Part shown: piece after piece, positions 18,915 through 29,263 of the stretch
How the letters are laid out: every line of letters begins with the position of its first letter
Position numbering within the stretch: the first letter of the stretch is position 1
NCBI GenBank assembly: GCA_963617535.1
Contig: CAVEPD010000005.1
Location: 20-64,019 of the forward strand
DNA from: a bacterium
Lineage (GTDB): Bacteria; Bacillota_I; Bacilli_A; RFN20; CAG-826
DNA: 64,000 nucleotides
Reading direction: 5' to 3'
Position numbers and translations under genes: made by a program
Notes under the pieces: model-generated
The model's database searches: none
Seen by the model: only the letters and a program-made list of their open reading frames with translations
Told to the model about the DNA's origin: nothing

Positions 18915-20531
18915 CTACCACGGAAGGTCCTCCATCTTCTCGGCCGCCGGAACTTTAGGCAATCCGGGCATCGTGAGGATTTTCCCGGTTAAAGGAATAA
19001 CAAAGTTCGCCCCAGCAGACAAATTGACTTCGCGAATCCTCATCGTAAAGCCTTCGGGAGCGCCCAAAAGCTTGGCGTCATCAGAGAAACTCGAAGGCGT
19101 TTTAGCCATGCAAATATAGGCGTCGTTAAAGCCAAGACGTTCATATTCCTTTAATTGAGTCTCAGCCTTTTCCTCGTAAACAACATTTCCAGCATGGTAA
19201 ATTTCACCGCAAATCTTTGATATTTTTTCTTTAAGAGGAGTTTTTAGATCATAAAGAGGATGATAGGTGGACGCCTCGTTATCTAAGATAGATTGAACTT
19301 TGTTGGCAAGGTCAATAGCGCCGTCACCACCCTGTTCAAAAACGTCTGCAAAGGAGCAAAGATAGCCATTTTCTTTGCACCACTTTTCAAGGAAATCAAC
19401 TTCGGATTTGGCATCTTGAGCAAAGTGATTTATCGCAACCACGACGGGTACGCCAAACTTTTTGATGTTTTCCAAATGCCTTTGCAAATTGCAAACACCC
19501 CTGCTCAAGGCTTCAACGTTCTCATTTGCAAGGTCATCAAACGCCATGCCGCCATGCATTTTAAGGGCTCGAATCGTGGCAACCATGACGACGCAATCTG
19601 GGGCAAAACCCCCTTCGCGACATTTGATGTCCAGGAATTTCTCAGCGCCCAAATCAGCCCCGAAGCCCGCTTCAGTAATCGTTATTGGGGATAGTTTCAG
19701 CGAAAGCTGGGTGGCCAAAATAGAATTGCATCCGTGTGCGATATTGGCAAAAGGTCCGCCGTGGACCAAAACAGGATTATTCTCTATCGTTTGCACCAAA
19801 TTCGGTTTGAGCGCTTCTTTCATTAGGCGCATAACCGCATGGGTGACTTTCAAGTCTTTGACGGTAACGGGGGCGCCGCTTCTAGAGTAGGCAACGATAA
19901 TCTTTTCGATTCTCCTCAAAAAGTCCTCTTCGCTTTTCGCGAGGCAAAGGATTGCCATCAATTCGCTCGCAACCGTGATAACGAAAGAAGAATGATGAGG
20001 GGTTGCCTTCGAATCGTTTTCCGCGACTTCGATATCGCGCAAGGCGCGATCATTCATGTCCATAGCCCTCGTCCAAACGATCCGTTCAGGATCGATATCC
20101 AAAGGATTGCCTTGATAAATGGAGTTGTCGATAACTGCCGCAATTAGGTTGATCGAGGAAGTTAAAGCATGCATGTCCCCCGTGAAATGAAGATTAATGT
20201 CTTCACTCGGAGCAATGGATGCTTTGCCTCCGCCTGTGGCTCCGCCTTTTAATCCAAAGACCGGTCCTAAAGAAGGCTCTCTAAGACAAAGCAGGGCTTT
20301 CTTTCCAATCTTTCCAAATCCTTCCGTGAGGCCAACGGAGATAGTCGTTTTTCCTTCTCCAGCTTTCGTCGGGGTAATCGCGGTCACCAAAACAAGCTTA
20401 CCATTAGGTTTGTCCTTAAGGCGTTCATAGACGCTTGGATTGATCTTGGCCTTATATTTGCCATACATCTCGATATCGTCTTCAGACAATCCGAGTTTAT
20501 TAGCAATTTCACTAATCTTCAAAAGAGCCAT
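18915..20531 (-). CDS. fhs: Formate--tetrahydrofolate ligase
   Basis: 538 aa with TPTKAGEGKTT P-loop and full-length FTHFS similarity. Confidence 0.95.
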   Translation of the reverse strand: MALLKISEIANKLGLSEDDIEMYGKYKAKINPSVYERLKDKPNGKLVLVTAITPTKAGEGKTTISVGLTEGFGKIGKKALLCLREPSLGPVFGLKGGATGGGKASIAPSEDINLHFTGDMHALTSSINLIAAVIDNSIYQGNPLDIDPERIVWTRAMDMNDRALRDIEVAENDSKATPHHSSFVITVASELMAILCLAKSEEDFLRRIEKIIVAYSRSGAPVTVKDLKVTHAVMRLMKEALKPNLVQTIENNPVLVHGGPFANIAHGCNSILATQLSLKLSPITITEAGFGADLGAEKFLDIKCREGGFAPDCVVMVATIRALKMHGGMAFDDLANENVEALSRGVCNLQRHLENIKKFGVPVVVAINHFAQDAKSEVDFLEKWCKENGYLCSFADVFEQGGDGAIDLANKVQSILDNEASTYHPLYDLKTPLKEKISKICGEIYHAGNVVYEEKAETQLKEYERLGFNDAYICMAKTPSSFSDDAKLLGAPEGFTMRIREVNLSAGANFVIPLTGKILTMPGLPKVPAAEKMEDLPW

Positions 20532-20597
20532 TTTTGTTCCCCTTTCGCTGAATTTCCTTAATTATCGATTGTGTATTCTCTTTAGGAAAGACTCAAC

Positions 20598-21470
20598 TTA
20601 CTTCTTCGCTAAATCTAGCAGCAAATCGTCTTCCCCTTTAATCCAGGTAATGGGGAACTGATGGCGGAACCAAGTCATCTGTTTTTTCACGTAATGCCTT
20701 GTGTTTTCTTTAATAAGGCTCTTTGTTTCTTCTAAGCTTGCCTTGCCATCCCAATAAGGAAAGAACTCTTTCACCCCTATCGCCTGAAAGGCATGGGGGG
20801 TGCGACCGTACTTTTTGACTAAGGCGAGATTCTCTTCTTCTAAGCCCGCTTCAAACATTTTTTCCACTCGCTCTTCAACAAGGGGATAAAGATTTTCTCT
20901 TTCGACGTCCAAGCCATAAAAACGAACGTCGAAAAGAGGCTTATGATCTTGCGATGCGACAACTTCCGAGCGTTTTTTACCATTTGCCAAAAAGTATTCG
21001 ATTAAGCGAAGGACGCGTCTTTTGTTGTGCGGATGGATTTGTTTCGCTCCTTCCGGATCTATCTCGCAGGCTTTCCGATAAAGTGTCTCTTCGTCTAAGC
21101 TTTCATACGAAGACATGTCGACCGCCTTTTCCTCAGGAAACTCATAATCGAAAAGTCCAGCTTTGATATATAAGCCCGTTCCGCCAGCGATGATGATGGT
21201 CCGGTTCGTCTTAGAGAGTTCATAGATCTCGCCTCGTAAATCATTTTGGTATTCCGCCACGTTATAGTCGGAATCCAAAGGAACGAAATCGAAAAGATAA
21301 TGGGGAGCAGCCATCCGAATCTCTTCGCTTGGCTTAGCGGTAGCTATATTAAGTTCTTGATAAACTTGATAAGCATCCGCGTTGATAATGACCCCATTAA
21401 GGCGCTTCGCCAAAGAAAGGGCTAATGCGCTTTTTCCACTTCCTGTAGGTCCGGTTAGAACCAAAATCAT
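20598..21470 (-). CDS. miaA: tRNA dimethylallyltransferase
   Basis: LTGPTGSGKSALAL P-loop and IPPT-family layout. 4-nt overlap with miaB. Confidence 0.9.
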   Translation of the reverse strand: MILVLTGPTGSGKSALALSLAKRLNGVIINADAYQVYQELNIATAKPSEEIRMAAPHYLFDFVPLDSDYNVAEYQNDLRGEIYELSKTNRTIIIAGGTGLYIKAGLFDYEFPEEKAVDMSSYESLDEETLYRKACEIDPEGAKQIHPHNKRRVLRLIEYFLANGKKRSEVVASQDHKPLFDVRFYGLDVERENLYPLVEERVEKMFEAGLEEENLALVKKYGRTPHAFQAIGVKEFFPYWDGKASLEETKSLIKENTRHYVKKQMTWFRHQFPITWIKGEDDLLLDLAKK

Positions 21471-23218
21471 TGCAATTCCCCGCTTATTTGAGCTAAAAGC
21501 CCGCTTAATTCTTCTTCTGCATTTTGCAAATTTAAAAAGACCGGGTGTTCTTTATATTGGCCTAAAAGAGTCTCATAATCTTTTTTTGCCTTTTGATAAT
21601 CCTCGTCTTTTTGTTGGTTTGCAAAAGACATCATACGTTTTTGAGCGTCTTCAATTGAGTCGCGCAAAGCTTGAATCGAAGCATCGTTTTCGAACTTCTT
21701 TTTCGCGGATAAATAAATCTTCGTCTCAGGCTCTTCCCGTAAGCATTTCGCTAGGTGATCGCCAAGCAACAGCAACGGGTCTCTTGTGAGCTCGCCAATC
21801 ATCGAGAAAGCATGGTCTTCCTTGATCTTGACCGGCACGATGAGGCCTTTCAAAGACGCGGGGCCAGGGAAATTTATGAGTTTGCCGGTCTCGGTATAGC
21901 CAGAAAGCATGTTTGGATCTTTTTTCGAAGGCCCATCCACCAAGACATCATACGTTTTCCCAACCATTTGGGAGGAATGCGACATGACGCCGGCTTCGAT
22001 AACCTTCAGCAAGCGGTTGAACCTCTCATGCTTGTCCGCGTCCGAGACATTGTCTTTCATCGCAGCCGCGGGAGTGCCTTTTCTTGGAGAATAAATAAAG
22101 GTAAAGGCAGCGTCGTATTTCACTTCTTCACACAAAGATAGCGTATCCAGGAACTGCTCTTCATTCTCGTTCGGGAAGCCCACGATGATGTCCGTCGTAA
22201 TTGCACACCCCGGAATTTTCGCGCGGATTTCCTTTACTAGGGCCAAATATTCTTCTCTTGTGTAGCGACGGCCCATCTCCCGAAGAATCTCATTATTGCC
22301 CGATTGCAAAGGCAAATGGATGCAATGCATGATGTTAGGATATTTGGCAATCACCTCGAACATCTCAGAAGAGAAATCCCAGGGGTGGCTCGTCATAAAG
22401 CGAAGGCGAGGGATTCCCGTTTCCGCGACTTTGGAAAGACAAGTTGCAAAATTGGTCCCGTCTTTGAAATCCTTGCCGTAGCTATTCACGTTTTCACCAA
22501 GGAGAGTGATTTCTTGGAAGCCTTCATCCACGAGTTTTTGGCATTCCTCGACAATTTCATTTAAAGGTCTCGAACGTTCCCTTCCTCTGGTGTAAGGGAC
22601 AATGCAATAGGTGCAAAACTTATCGCACCCATAGGAAATATTGACGTAGGCTTTGATGTTATCAAGCCTGGTCGAAGGGAGATTTTCGAAGACGTTCCCT
22701 TCACCGGAGACAATGGACACGAAGTCTTTCTTTCTTCTCAAGTGAGCATCGAGAAGCTTCAAGATATCCTGAATGTTGTGCGTACCGAAAATCAGATTCA
22801 CGTAGGGATAGCTTTTCATGATTTTCTCCGCGACCCCTTCTTCCTGCATCATGCATCCGCACACGCCAAGGATGAAATGCTCCGGATCTTTATAATGCTT
22901 GGCTTTGTATTTGCCGATTTCGCCATAGACTTTCTCCTCGGCGTTCTCTCTAACCGCGCAGGTATTGATGATAACGACATCTGCCTCTTCATCACTCTCG
23001 GCTTTGTTCATGCCAGCAAGTTCAAAATAGCCTCCGAGCACCTCTTCGTCTCTCACGTTTCCTTGACAACCAAAGGTTTTTATGAGGTATTTGCGGCCTT
23101 TTCCATAAGAAGCGACCGCGGAAGGCACTTTTAAATCAGCTTGAAGGATCTCGGATTTCTTTTCTCTGCTTCGAGCTAGCTTCATATTGGGAAGAGAGAT
23201 GTATTCAGTTCTTGCCAT
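21467..23218 (-). CDS. miaB: tRNA-2-methylthio-N6-dimethylallyladenosine synthase MiaB fused to a C-terminal YlbF/YmcA (RicA)-like domain
   Basis: UPF0004 domain (TFGCQGN...NTCAVRE), radical-SAM CDKFCTYC and TRAM domain up to about residue 477. Then a 106-aa helical tail (21470-21787) resembling the YlbF/YmcA family. Confidence 0.85.
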   Translation of the reverse strand: MARTEYISLPNMKLARSREKKSEILQADLKVPSAVASYGKGRKYLIKTFGCQGNVRDEEVLGGYFELAGMNKAESDEEADVVIINTCAVRENAEEKVYGEIGKYKAKHYKDPEHFILGVCGCMMQEEGVAEKIMKSYPYVNLIFGTHNIQDILKLLDAHLRRKKDFVSIVSGEGNVFENLPSTRLDNIKAYVNISYGCDKFCTYCIVPYTRGRERSRPLNEIVEECQKLVDEGFQEITLLGENVNSYGKDFKDGTNFATCLSKVAETGIPRLRFMTSHPWDFSSEMFEVIAKYPNIMHCIHLPLQSGNNEILREMGRRYTREEYLALVKEIRAKIPGCAITTDIIVGFPNENEEQFLDTLSLCEEVKYDAAFTFIYSPRKGTPAAAMKDNVSDADKHERFNRLLKVIEAGVMSHSSQMVGKTYDVLVDGPSKKDPNMLSGYTETGKLINFPGPASLKGLIVPVKIKEDHAFSMIGELTRDPLLLLGDHLAKCLREEPETKIYLSAKKKFENDASIQALRDSIEDAQKRMMSFANQQKDEDYQKAKKDYETLLGQYKEHPVFLNLQNAEEELSGLLAQISGELQ

Positions 23219-24011
23219 AATGTTTTTCCTTTCCGTTGATAAAGAATAAGGGGCTGATGTTTAAGCAAAGGCCCGTCAGGGGGTCTAAGTCGATGAGGAC
23301 GAGATTAATCTGCGTGTCTCCGGTTTCCGGGAAAGAGAGTCTAGCCTCAGGATCTTGAAGCAAGAAGCGGTCAATCGCGCTTTCTTTTTCCGCTCCGATT
23401 ACGGTGTCATAGCCACCACACATGCCAACGTCTGTGATGTACCCGGTTCCCAAAGGCAAGACATGCGCGTCATTAGTTTGCACATGGGTATGCGTCCCCA
23501 CTACCGCGCTCAGCTCGCCATCAAAGCCATAAGCAAAGGTTTGTTTCTCGGAAGTCGAATCGGCATGGAAATCCACGAAATGGAACTTCGCCGGCTCCTC
23601 CTCAAGGATGGCGTTCATCGTCTCATAAGGCGAGCGAACCGTTTCGTTCATAAACGCCTGCCCTAGGATATTCGTAACCCGAAGGTCGCCTTGCTCCGTC
23701 TTGAAGACAGCGCTCCCCACGCCTTTATGGAAGGAGAGGAGATTCGCAGGGCGAACTAGGAGATCAGCCTCGCCGATGTAATTATCGATTTGGCTGCGGG
23801 AATGCCAATGATTGCCTAACGTCACGCAATCGACGCCAATTTTTATAAGGGCCTCGTAGTCCTTATAAGAAAGGCCTTTGCCCTTTGTGATGTTCTCGCC
23901 ATTTGCAATTACAAAATCAGGGTTATAGGTCTTCCTTAAAAAAGGCAAAACGTCGGATACCGCGGCTAAGCCGAGGGATCCGACGATATCACCGAAGAAT
24001 AGAATCCTCAT
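23205..24011 (-). CDS. ymdB: YmdB-family metallophosphoesterase (2',3'-cyclic-nucleotide phosphodiesterase)
   Basis: MRILFFGDIVG..., GNH and HAD motifs. Sits directly downstream of rny, as in B. subtilis. Confidence 0.9.
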   Translation of the reverse strand: MRILFFGDIVGSLGLAAVSDVLPFLRKTYNPDFVIANGENITKGKGLSYKDYEALIKIGVDCVTLGNHWHSRSQIDNYIGEADLLVRPANLLSFHKGVGSAVFKTEQGDLRVTNILGQAFMNETVRSPYETMNAILEEEPAKFHFVDFHADSTSEKQTFAYGFDGELSAVVGTHTHVQTNDAHVLPLGTGYITDVGMCGGYDTVIGAEKESAIDRFLLQDPEARLSFPETGDTQINLVLIDLDPLTGLCLNISPLFFINGKEKHYGKN

Positions 24012-24013
24012 TG

Positions 24014-25576
24014 TTACTTGGCGGTTTCAATCGCGCGATATTCGCGGATGACGGAAACTTTGATTTCGCCAGGATAGTTCATCTCGTTTTGGATTTTTTC
24101 TTTCATCTGCTGAGCCATGACAACGGCTTCCGAATCGCTGATCTTTTCAGGAATGACCATGACGCGGATTTCCCTGCCAGCTTGCATCGCGAAGGCCTGC
24201 TGAACGCCATCGAAGGATTTTCCGATGGTCTCAAGCTGTTCAATTCTCTTAATGTAAGTTTCGACGGTTTCGCTTCTTGCGCCAGGACGGGCGGCGGACA
24301 AGGTGTCGCCAGCCGCGACGAGATGCGAGATAATGTATCTAGCCTCGACATCGCCATGGTGGCTCTCAATTGCATTTAGAACAACGTCGCCTTCGCCATA
24401 TTTCTTAGCAAGCTGCGCGCCGAGTTCGGTGTGCTTGCCTTCGATTTCGAAGTCAACGGCTTTACCAATATCGTGAAGCAAGCCAGCACGGCGGGCAAGA
24501 TTCACATCAAGGCCGAGCTCGCCGGCCATGATCCCTGCGAAATAGGCGACTTCCATCGAGTGTTGAAGAACATTCTGGCCGTAGGAAGTTCTGTAGTGAA
24601 GACGGCCAATAAAAGACATAAGGTCGCGACTGATGTTATTAAGACCGAGCTTGTAGCACGCTTCTTGCCCGTACTTCTGAGTGGAGTCGTTGACTTCGCG
24701 CTTGCACTTAGCGACGACTTCTTCAATTCTGCCTGGCTGAATGCGGCCATCTTTTACTAGATACTCAAGGGCGCGACGGGCGATTTCTCTACGGATCGGG
24801 TCGAAGCAAGAGACAGTGATGACTTCCGGGGTATCATCAATGACAAGGTCAACGCCAAGTTGCTGTTCAAGAACTTTGATGTTCCTGCCTTCGCGACCAA
24901 TGATGCGGCCCTTCATCTCGTCGCTGGGAAGTGAAACGACGGAAACGGTCCTTTCGGTAGCGACATCTTGTGCGTATTTCTGAACGGCAAGAGAAAGAAG
25001 ATTCGTGGCTTTGTTTTCAACGGCTGCTTTTGCTTCATCTTCTTTGTTTTTAATGTAAGCAGCAATCTCGCTAGCCATCTTGCTTTCGACGCGAGCCATG
25101 ATTTCGTCATGGGCTTCTTTGACGGACATTCCGGAAACTTTCTGGAGTTCTTCAAGAATTACAGCGATTTTGCTATCAAGCTCCTCGCCTTTTTTCTTAT
25201 TGACTTCGATTTCGTGCTCAAGCTGATCTTTCTTGGCGTCAAGGCTGTTCTCTTTTTGAAGCAAGGCAGCATCCCTGGCATCAATCGATTGCTCGCGGGC
25301 TTCAAGCTTTCTTTCTTCGTCGGCCATTTCGCCTTTACGAATACGGATTTCCTCATCCGCTTTCTTTTTGGCTTCGAAGGAAATTTGCTTCGCGTCAAGT
25401 TCCGCGCTCTTCGTGATGTGGTCGGCTTTAATTTTCGCGTCATGGAGAATGTCTTCAGCGCTCTTAGACGCATTTTTGGTTTTACCTTTGCTGATGAAGA
25501 AAACCACGGCCAACGCAATGGCGGCTGCCCAGCCAATAATGGCCAGGATAAGGAAGGTGATCGACAACTCGTTCAT
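24014..25576 (-). CDS. rny: Ribonuclease Y
   Basis: N-terminal TM helix, coiled coil, KH domain (GRIIGREGRNI) and HD domain (LLHDIGK). Confidence 0.95.
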   Translation of the reverse strand: MNELSITFLILAIIGWAAAIALAVVFFISKGKTKNASKSAEDILHDAKIKADHITKSAELDAKQISFEAKKKADEEIRIRKGEMADEERKLEAREQSIDARDAALLQKENSLDAKKDQLEHEIEVNKKKGEELDSKIAVILEELQKVSGMSVKEAHDEIMARVESKMASEIAAYIKNKEDEAKAAVENKATNLLSLAVQKYAQDVATERTVSVVSLPSDEMKGRIIGREGRNIKVLEQQLGVDLVIDDTPEVITVSCFDPIRREIARRALEYLVKDGRIQPGRIEEVVAKCKREVNDSTQKYGQEACYKLGLNNISRDLMSFIGRLHYRTSYGQNVLQHSMEVAYFAGIMAGELGLDVNLARRAGLLHDIGKAVDFEIEGKHTELGAQLAKKYGEGDVVLNAIESHHGDVEARYIISHLVAAGDTLSAARPGARSETVETYIKRIEQLETIGKSFDGVQQAFAMQAGREIRVMVIPEKISDSEAVVMAQQMKEKIQNEMNYPGEIKVSVIREYRAIETAK

Positions 25577-25793
25577 ATAAAAACTCCTGTATAAACAGCA
25601 CCCAGGCTACGATTATGATTTGCTTTTATAGTTAAATTAGAACTTTATTTAGCAACCCAACAGATAGGACAATGGGTGTATACCTTTTTGGTACGCCGTA
25701 ATTCTATCAATTTGACGGGCGAAAAAATAGCGATAAATGAGAAGCTTTTCTTTGAAAAGAAAAAGGAGAGGGGGGTGTATTTGAATTTGAATA

Positions 25794-26981
25794 TTATTGC
25801 TTGATCGAAGCTGCTAAAAAGGTTCCAGCTTCGTCCGTTTTAACGTCAATGGAACCGCTTAGCAAGGGCTTAAGGTACTCATGGAAATCCGGAGACAGAG
25901 TGGAGGTAGAAAGAATCCACTCTTTGGGGAACAAACGATTTTTGTTGGCCACGTCTTTGGCGGGGACGGGCACGATTTCATAGCGATATGGCTCATTGGA
26001 CAGACGATGAATTGCCATCATAACGCCAGTTTTTCCTTCAAGCGCACAATCAAGCGCGGCAGAACCGAGTTCAATAGCCTCTTGGGAATCCTGTTTGGAA
26101 ACCAAATAAGGATTCGCTCTAACGGGAGTCGATAAAATAACGGTTCTAACGCCGACCCCAAGTTTTTTATTGATAAGTTTGCCAAGCTCAAGCGCGACCC
26201 CCTCTTGGGAAACGTGCCCAAAGGAGTCGTAGAAAGCAAGAACATCATGGTGCACGGGGATGCCTTCCGATAAAACAGCAACACACGTCCCCTTCCTTTT
26301 GTAAATTTCTTCTATTTCCTGAAGGAACTTCTCTTCCGAGAATTCGCTCTCGGGAAGATGAATCAAATCAGGATGATAAGGTTCAGGCAAAATATCTGAA
26401 GAGGCTGCGAGCCAGCCGGCCTCTCTTCCCATCACTTCGATGAGCACCACTTTCCCTTTCTTGTAGCTATGCGCATCAATCGAAATCAGTTTAACTTGAT
26501 TGATGACGTGACGTGCCGCGCTAGCAAAACCAGGACAATGGTCAGTCAGATCAAGATCGTTATCAATCGTCTTAGGGATGCCAACAACGCGAATTCCGTA
26601 TGACGAAAGTTTTTCGCCGAGCTTGGCGCATGTATCCATGGAATCGTTCCCGCCGTTTGGCAAAACGCAGGAAATATTATGTTTTTGCAGGGTTTTTAAA
26701 ATCGAATCCCATATTTTTGGATCGTCATTCATTTTCTTTCTGGAGGATCCAAGTACAACGCCCGGAGTTTGAGGAAGCAGGGAAATCGTTTCTTCATCAA
26801 GGGAAGAGAGATCAACAAGATCGTCATTTATGATTCCCTCAATCCCGTTTAAGGAGCCGTAAACGCGCACCCCTTTCTTTTTTGCCTCCAGCAGAACTCC
26901 GCATAAAGAAGAATTGATGACAGCAGTCGGCCCGCCGGATTGAAAGTAGCAAATGTTGGTCTCGTTTTTCATGTCCCTCAT
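25794..26981 (-). CDS. 6-phosphofructokinase, probably pyrophosphate-dependent (PFP type)
   Basis: QSGGPTAVIN, GGNDS and GIPKTIDNDL. The Lys in PKTIDND is the position that distinguishes PPi- from ATP-dependent enzymes. Confidence 0.8.
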   Translation of the reverse strand: MRDMKNETNICYFQSGGPTAVINSSLCGVLLEAKKKGVRVYGSLNGIEGIINDDLVDLSSLDEETISLLPQTPGVVLGSSRKKMNDDPKIWDSILKTLQKHNISCVLPNGGNDSMDTCAKLGEKLSSYGIRVVGIPKTIDNDLDLTDHCPGFASAARHVINQVKLISIDAHSYKKGKVVLIEVMGREAGWLAASSDILPEPYHPDLIHLPESEFSEEKFLQEIEEIYKRKGTCVAVLSEGIPVHHDVLAFYDSFGHVSQEGVALELGKLINKKLGVGVRTVILSTPVRANPYLVSKQDSQEAIELGSAALDCALEGKTGVMMAIHRLSNEPYRYEIVPVPAKDVANKNRLFPKEWILSTSTLSPDFHEYLKPLLSGSIDVKTDEAGTFLAASIKQ

Positions 26982-26997
26982 TGTACGCGGAGGGTCA

Positions 26998-27026
26998 ATA
27001 AAAAAGGAAGCGATAGCGCTTCCTTT
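26998..27026 (-). terminator. Rho-independent terminator of recA
   Basis: On the minus strand: AAAGGAAGCG-CTAT-CGCTTCCTTT followed by TTTATT. Confidence 0.75.
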
Positions 27027-27035
27027 GCATCAGTT

Positions 27036-28085
27036 TTATTCAGCGTCTGCGTCTTCTTCGGCTTCCTCAGCATCCGATTCTTTTGCAATCGAAGCGCGGA
27101 TACCGTTCTCAATGTTCGTAGCAACATCGGGATGGTCTTTCAGATAAGCCTTGCAGGCCTCTCTTCCATTTCCGATCTTATTGCCTTCGTATTCATACCA
27201 AGATCCGGTTTTCTTCAAGAAGCCGTACTTCTCGCCAAGGTCAAGCATTTCGCCTTCCCTTGAGATGCCTTGCCCGAAGATCATTTCGATGACGCAGGTC
27301 TTGAACGGCGGGGCGACTTTGTTTTTGACAACCTTAACTTTCACCGTATTTCCGATGACGTTCGAGCCTTCTTTGATGGCCTCGGCGCGTCGGATATCAA
27401 GGCGGATGGTCGCATAGAATTTAAGCGCGCGACCGCCTGTCGTGGTTTCGGGGTTTCCATAAAGAACGCCCACTTTTTCGCGAAGCTGATTGATGAAGAT
27501 CACAGAGCAGCGAGTCCTAGCGAGAACACCGGCGATTTTGCGCATGCCCTTGGACATGAGCCTTGCCTGCAAGCCTACTTGATTGTCGGACATCACGCCA
27601 TCAAGCTCAGCTTGAGGAACAAGCGCGGCAACCGAATCGACGACGATGAGGTCAAGGGCGTTACTCTGCGCAAGCATTTCGCAAATCTCAAGAGCCTGCT
27701 CGCCGGAATCCGGCTGGGAAAGGATGAGATCATCAATGTTGACACCAAGTTTCTTAGCGTAATCGGGGTCGATGGAATGCTCGGCATCAATGTAAGCAGC
27801 GCGCCCGCCTTTCTTTTGGGCCTGGGCAACCGCTTCAAGAGCCAAGGTCGTCTTACCTGAAGATTCAGGGCCGTAGATTTCGATGATTCTTCCTTTAGGA
27901 TAACCGCCTACCCCAAGAGCTTGGTCTAAAAGAACGGAACCAGTCGGAATAACATCAACGTCTACTTTGGCGTGATCGCCAAGGCGCATGACCGCGCCCT
28001 TGCCATAAGCCTTTTCAATGGAACGCAAGGCGTCCGCTAAGGCTTGGTCTTTGTCGGAGTTGTTTGTTTGGTTAGCTTTTATCAT
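27036..28085 (-). CDS. recA: Recombinase RecA
   Basis: GPESSGKTT Walker A and full-length RecA similarity with an acidic C-terminus. Confidence 0.97.
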   Translation of the reverse strand: MIKANQTNNSDKDQALADALRSIEKAYGKGAVMRLGDHAKVDVDVIPTGSVLLDQALGVGGYPKGRIIEIYGPESSGKTTLALEAVAQAQKKGGRAAYIDAEHSIDPDYAKKLGVNIDDLILSQPDSGEQALEICEMLAQSNALDLIVVDSVAALVPQAELDGVMSDNQVGLQARLMSKGMRKIAGVLARTRCSVIFINQLREKVGVLYGNPETTTGGRALKFYATIRLDIRRAEAIKEGSNVIGNTVKVKVVKNKVAPPFKTCVIEMIFGQGISREGEMLDLGEKYGFLKKTGSWYEYEGNKIGNGREACKAYLKDHPDVATNIENGIRASIAKESDAEEAEEDADAE

Positions 28086-28137
28086 TTAATTGTGCCTCCA
28101 CCCTATTAATAAAGAGGATTTTTGATTTATGCCCCAA

Positions 28138-28617
28138 TTATTTCGAATTTTCTGGAAATAAACTTGCGGCGAAGGCAATCATTGCTTCAACCGTGGCCTC
28201 GCGAATCTCGTTGCGGTCGCCTTTTAGTTCCAAGGGAAGATTCCAAACATTCCCTTGATAGGCAAGGCCTAAATAAACGGTGCCGACGGGTTTATCGCCT
28301 TCTTGGACATCTGGTCCAGCGTTACCAGTGCAAGATACGCAGACATCCACACCAAGAGCTTTTCTTCCGCCTTCGGCCATTTGTATCGCAACTTGAGGAG
28401 AAACGACACCATATTTCTTGATATCGGGCGCACTAACATTCGCAAGAGCTGTCTTCACCTTTGGGTCATAGGCAATGATTCCGCCTTTGAAGACGATGCT
28501 GGCGCCAGGGACTTCGCAAAGCGTTGAGCCAAATAAGCCGCCAGTCAAGGATTCGACGCAGCCAAGCTTCAGGTTGCGTTGGGCCATCCTTTGCAAAAGA
28601 TCACGTGCACTAATCAT
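28138..28617 (-). CDS. cinA: CinA C-terminal-domain protein (nicotinamide-nucleotide amidohydrolase PncC-like)
   Basis: ESLTGG motif. AAGGAGG lies 6 nt upstream of the ATG at 28617. No N-terminal MoCF-binding domain. Confidence 0.85.
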   Translation of the reverse strand: MISARDLLQRMAQRNLKLGCVESLTGGLFGSTLCEVPGASIVFKGGIIAYDPKVKTALANVSAPDIKKYGVVSPQVAIQMAEGGRKALGVDVCVSCTGNAGPDVQEGDKPVGTVYLGLAYQGNVWNLPLELKGDRNEIREATVEAMIAFAASLFPENSK

Positions 28618-29251
28618 GGGTTTCCTCCTTAAGGACATGACGATTCATAACGACATAAATAATACCCGAAATAAGCGACATCGCAGTTGCTATATATATA
28701 AGGATGGTGGCAATTCGGCAAAGTGGATTCCAAGAAAGGTCGAAGTAGGAGAACGGCCAGCCGTTAAGCATCACTAGAGGAATGGCAATCATCTGGAAAA
28801 CGGTTTTCAGTTTGCCGAAGATATTCGCGGCAACAACCTTCCCTTTGCTTGCGGCGACGAAGCGCATCGTATCGACCACCAAGTCACGTAAAACCATGAG
28901 GATGACGCAGAAGGCGGGAATCTGGAGGGAATTTTGGGAAAATTCCCAAGAGATGGCAAAGAAAATCAAGCAAGAATTCACGAGCATCTTGTCGGCGATG
29001 GGGTCTAAGAACTTGCCAAGGTCCGTCACCTCATTGCGGCTTCTAGCGAGGTAGCCGTCTAAAGCATCCGTGGCGGAAGCGACGATAAAGACAACGGCGG
29101 CGATTAGTCCAACGACGGGGACGTCCCCAAAATAGGGACTGACCCAGCCAAAGAATTTTCCGCCAATCGCCCAGATAAACAGAAAAATAAGCAAGGCGAC
29201 AACCAGGATGATTCGCAAGATCGTGATTTTTGTCGGTAAATTGATTTTCAT
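28610..29251 (-). CDS. pgsA: CDP-diacylglycerol--glycerol-3-phosphate 3-phosphatidyltransferase
   Basis: NLPTKITILRI start and the CDP-alcohol phosphatidyltransferase motif DALDGYLAR...G..LDPIADK. Confidence 0.92.
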   Translation of the reverse strand: MKINLPTKITILRIILVVALLIFLFIWAIGGKFFGWVSPYFGDVPVVGLIAAVVFIVASATDALDGYLARSRNEVTDLGKFLDPIADKMLVNSCLIFFAISWEFSQNSLQIPAFCVILMVLRDLVVDTMRFVAASKGKVVAANIFGKLKTVFQMIAIPLVMLNGWPFSYFDLSWNPLCRIATILIYIATAMSLISGIIYVVMNRHVLKEETHD

Positions 29252-29263
29252 AAGATTAAGAAT

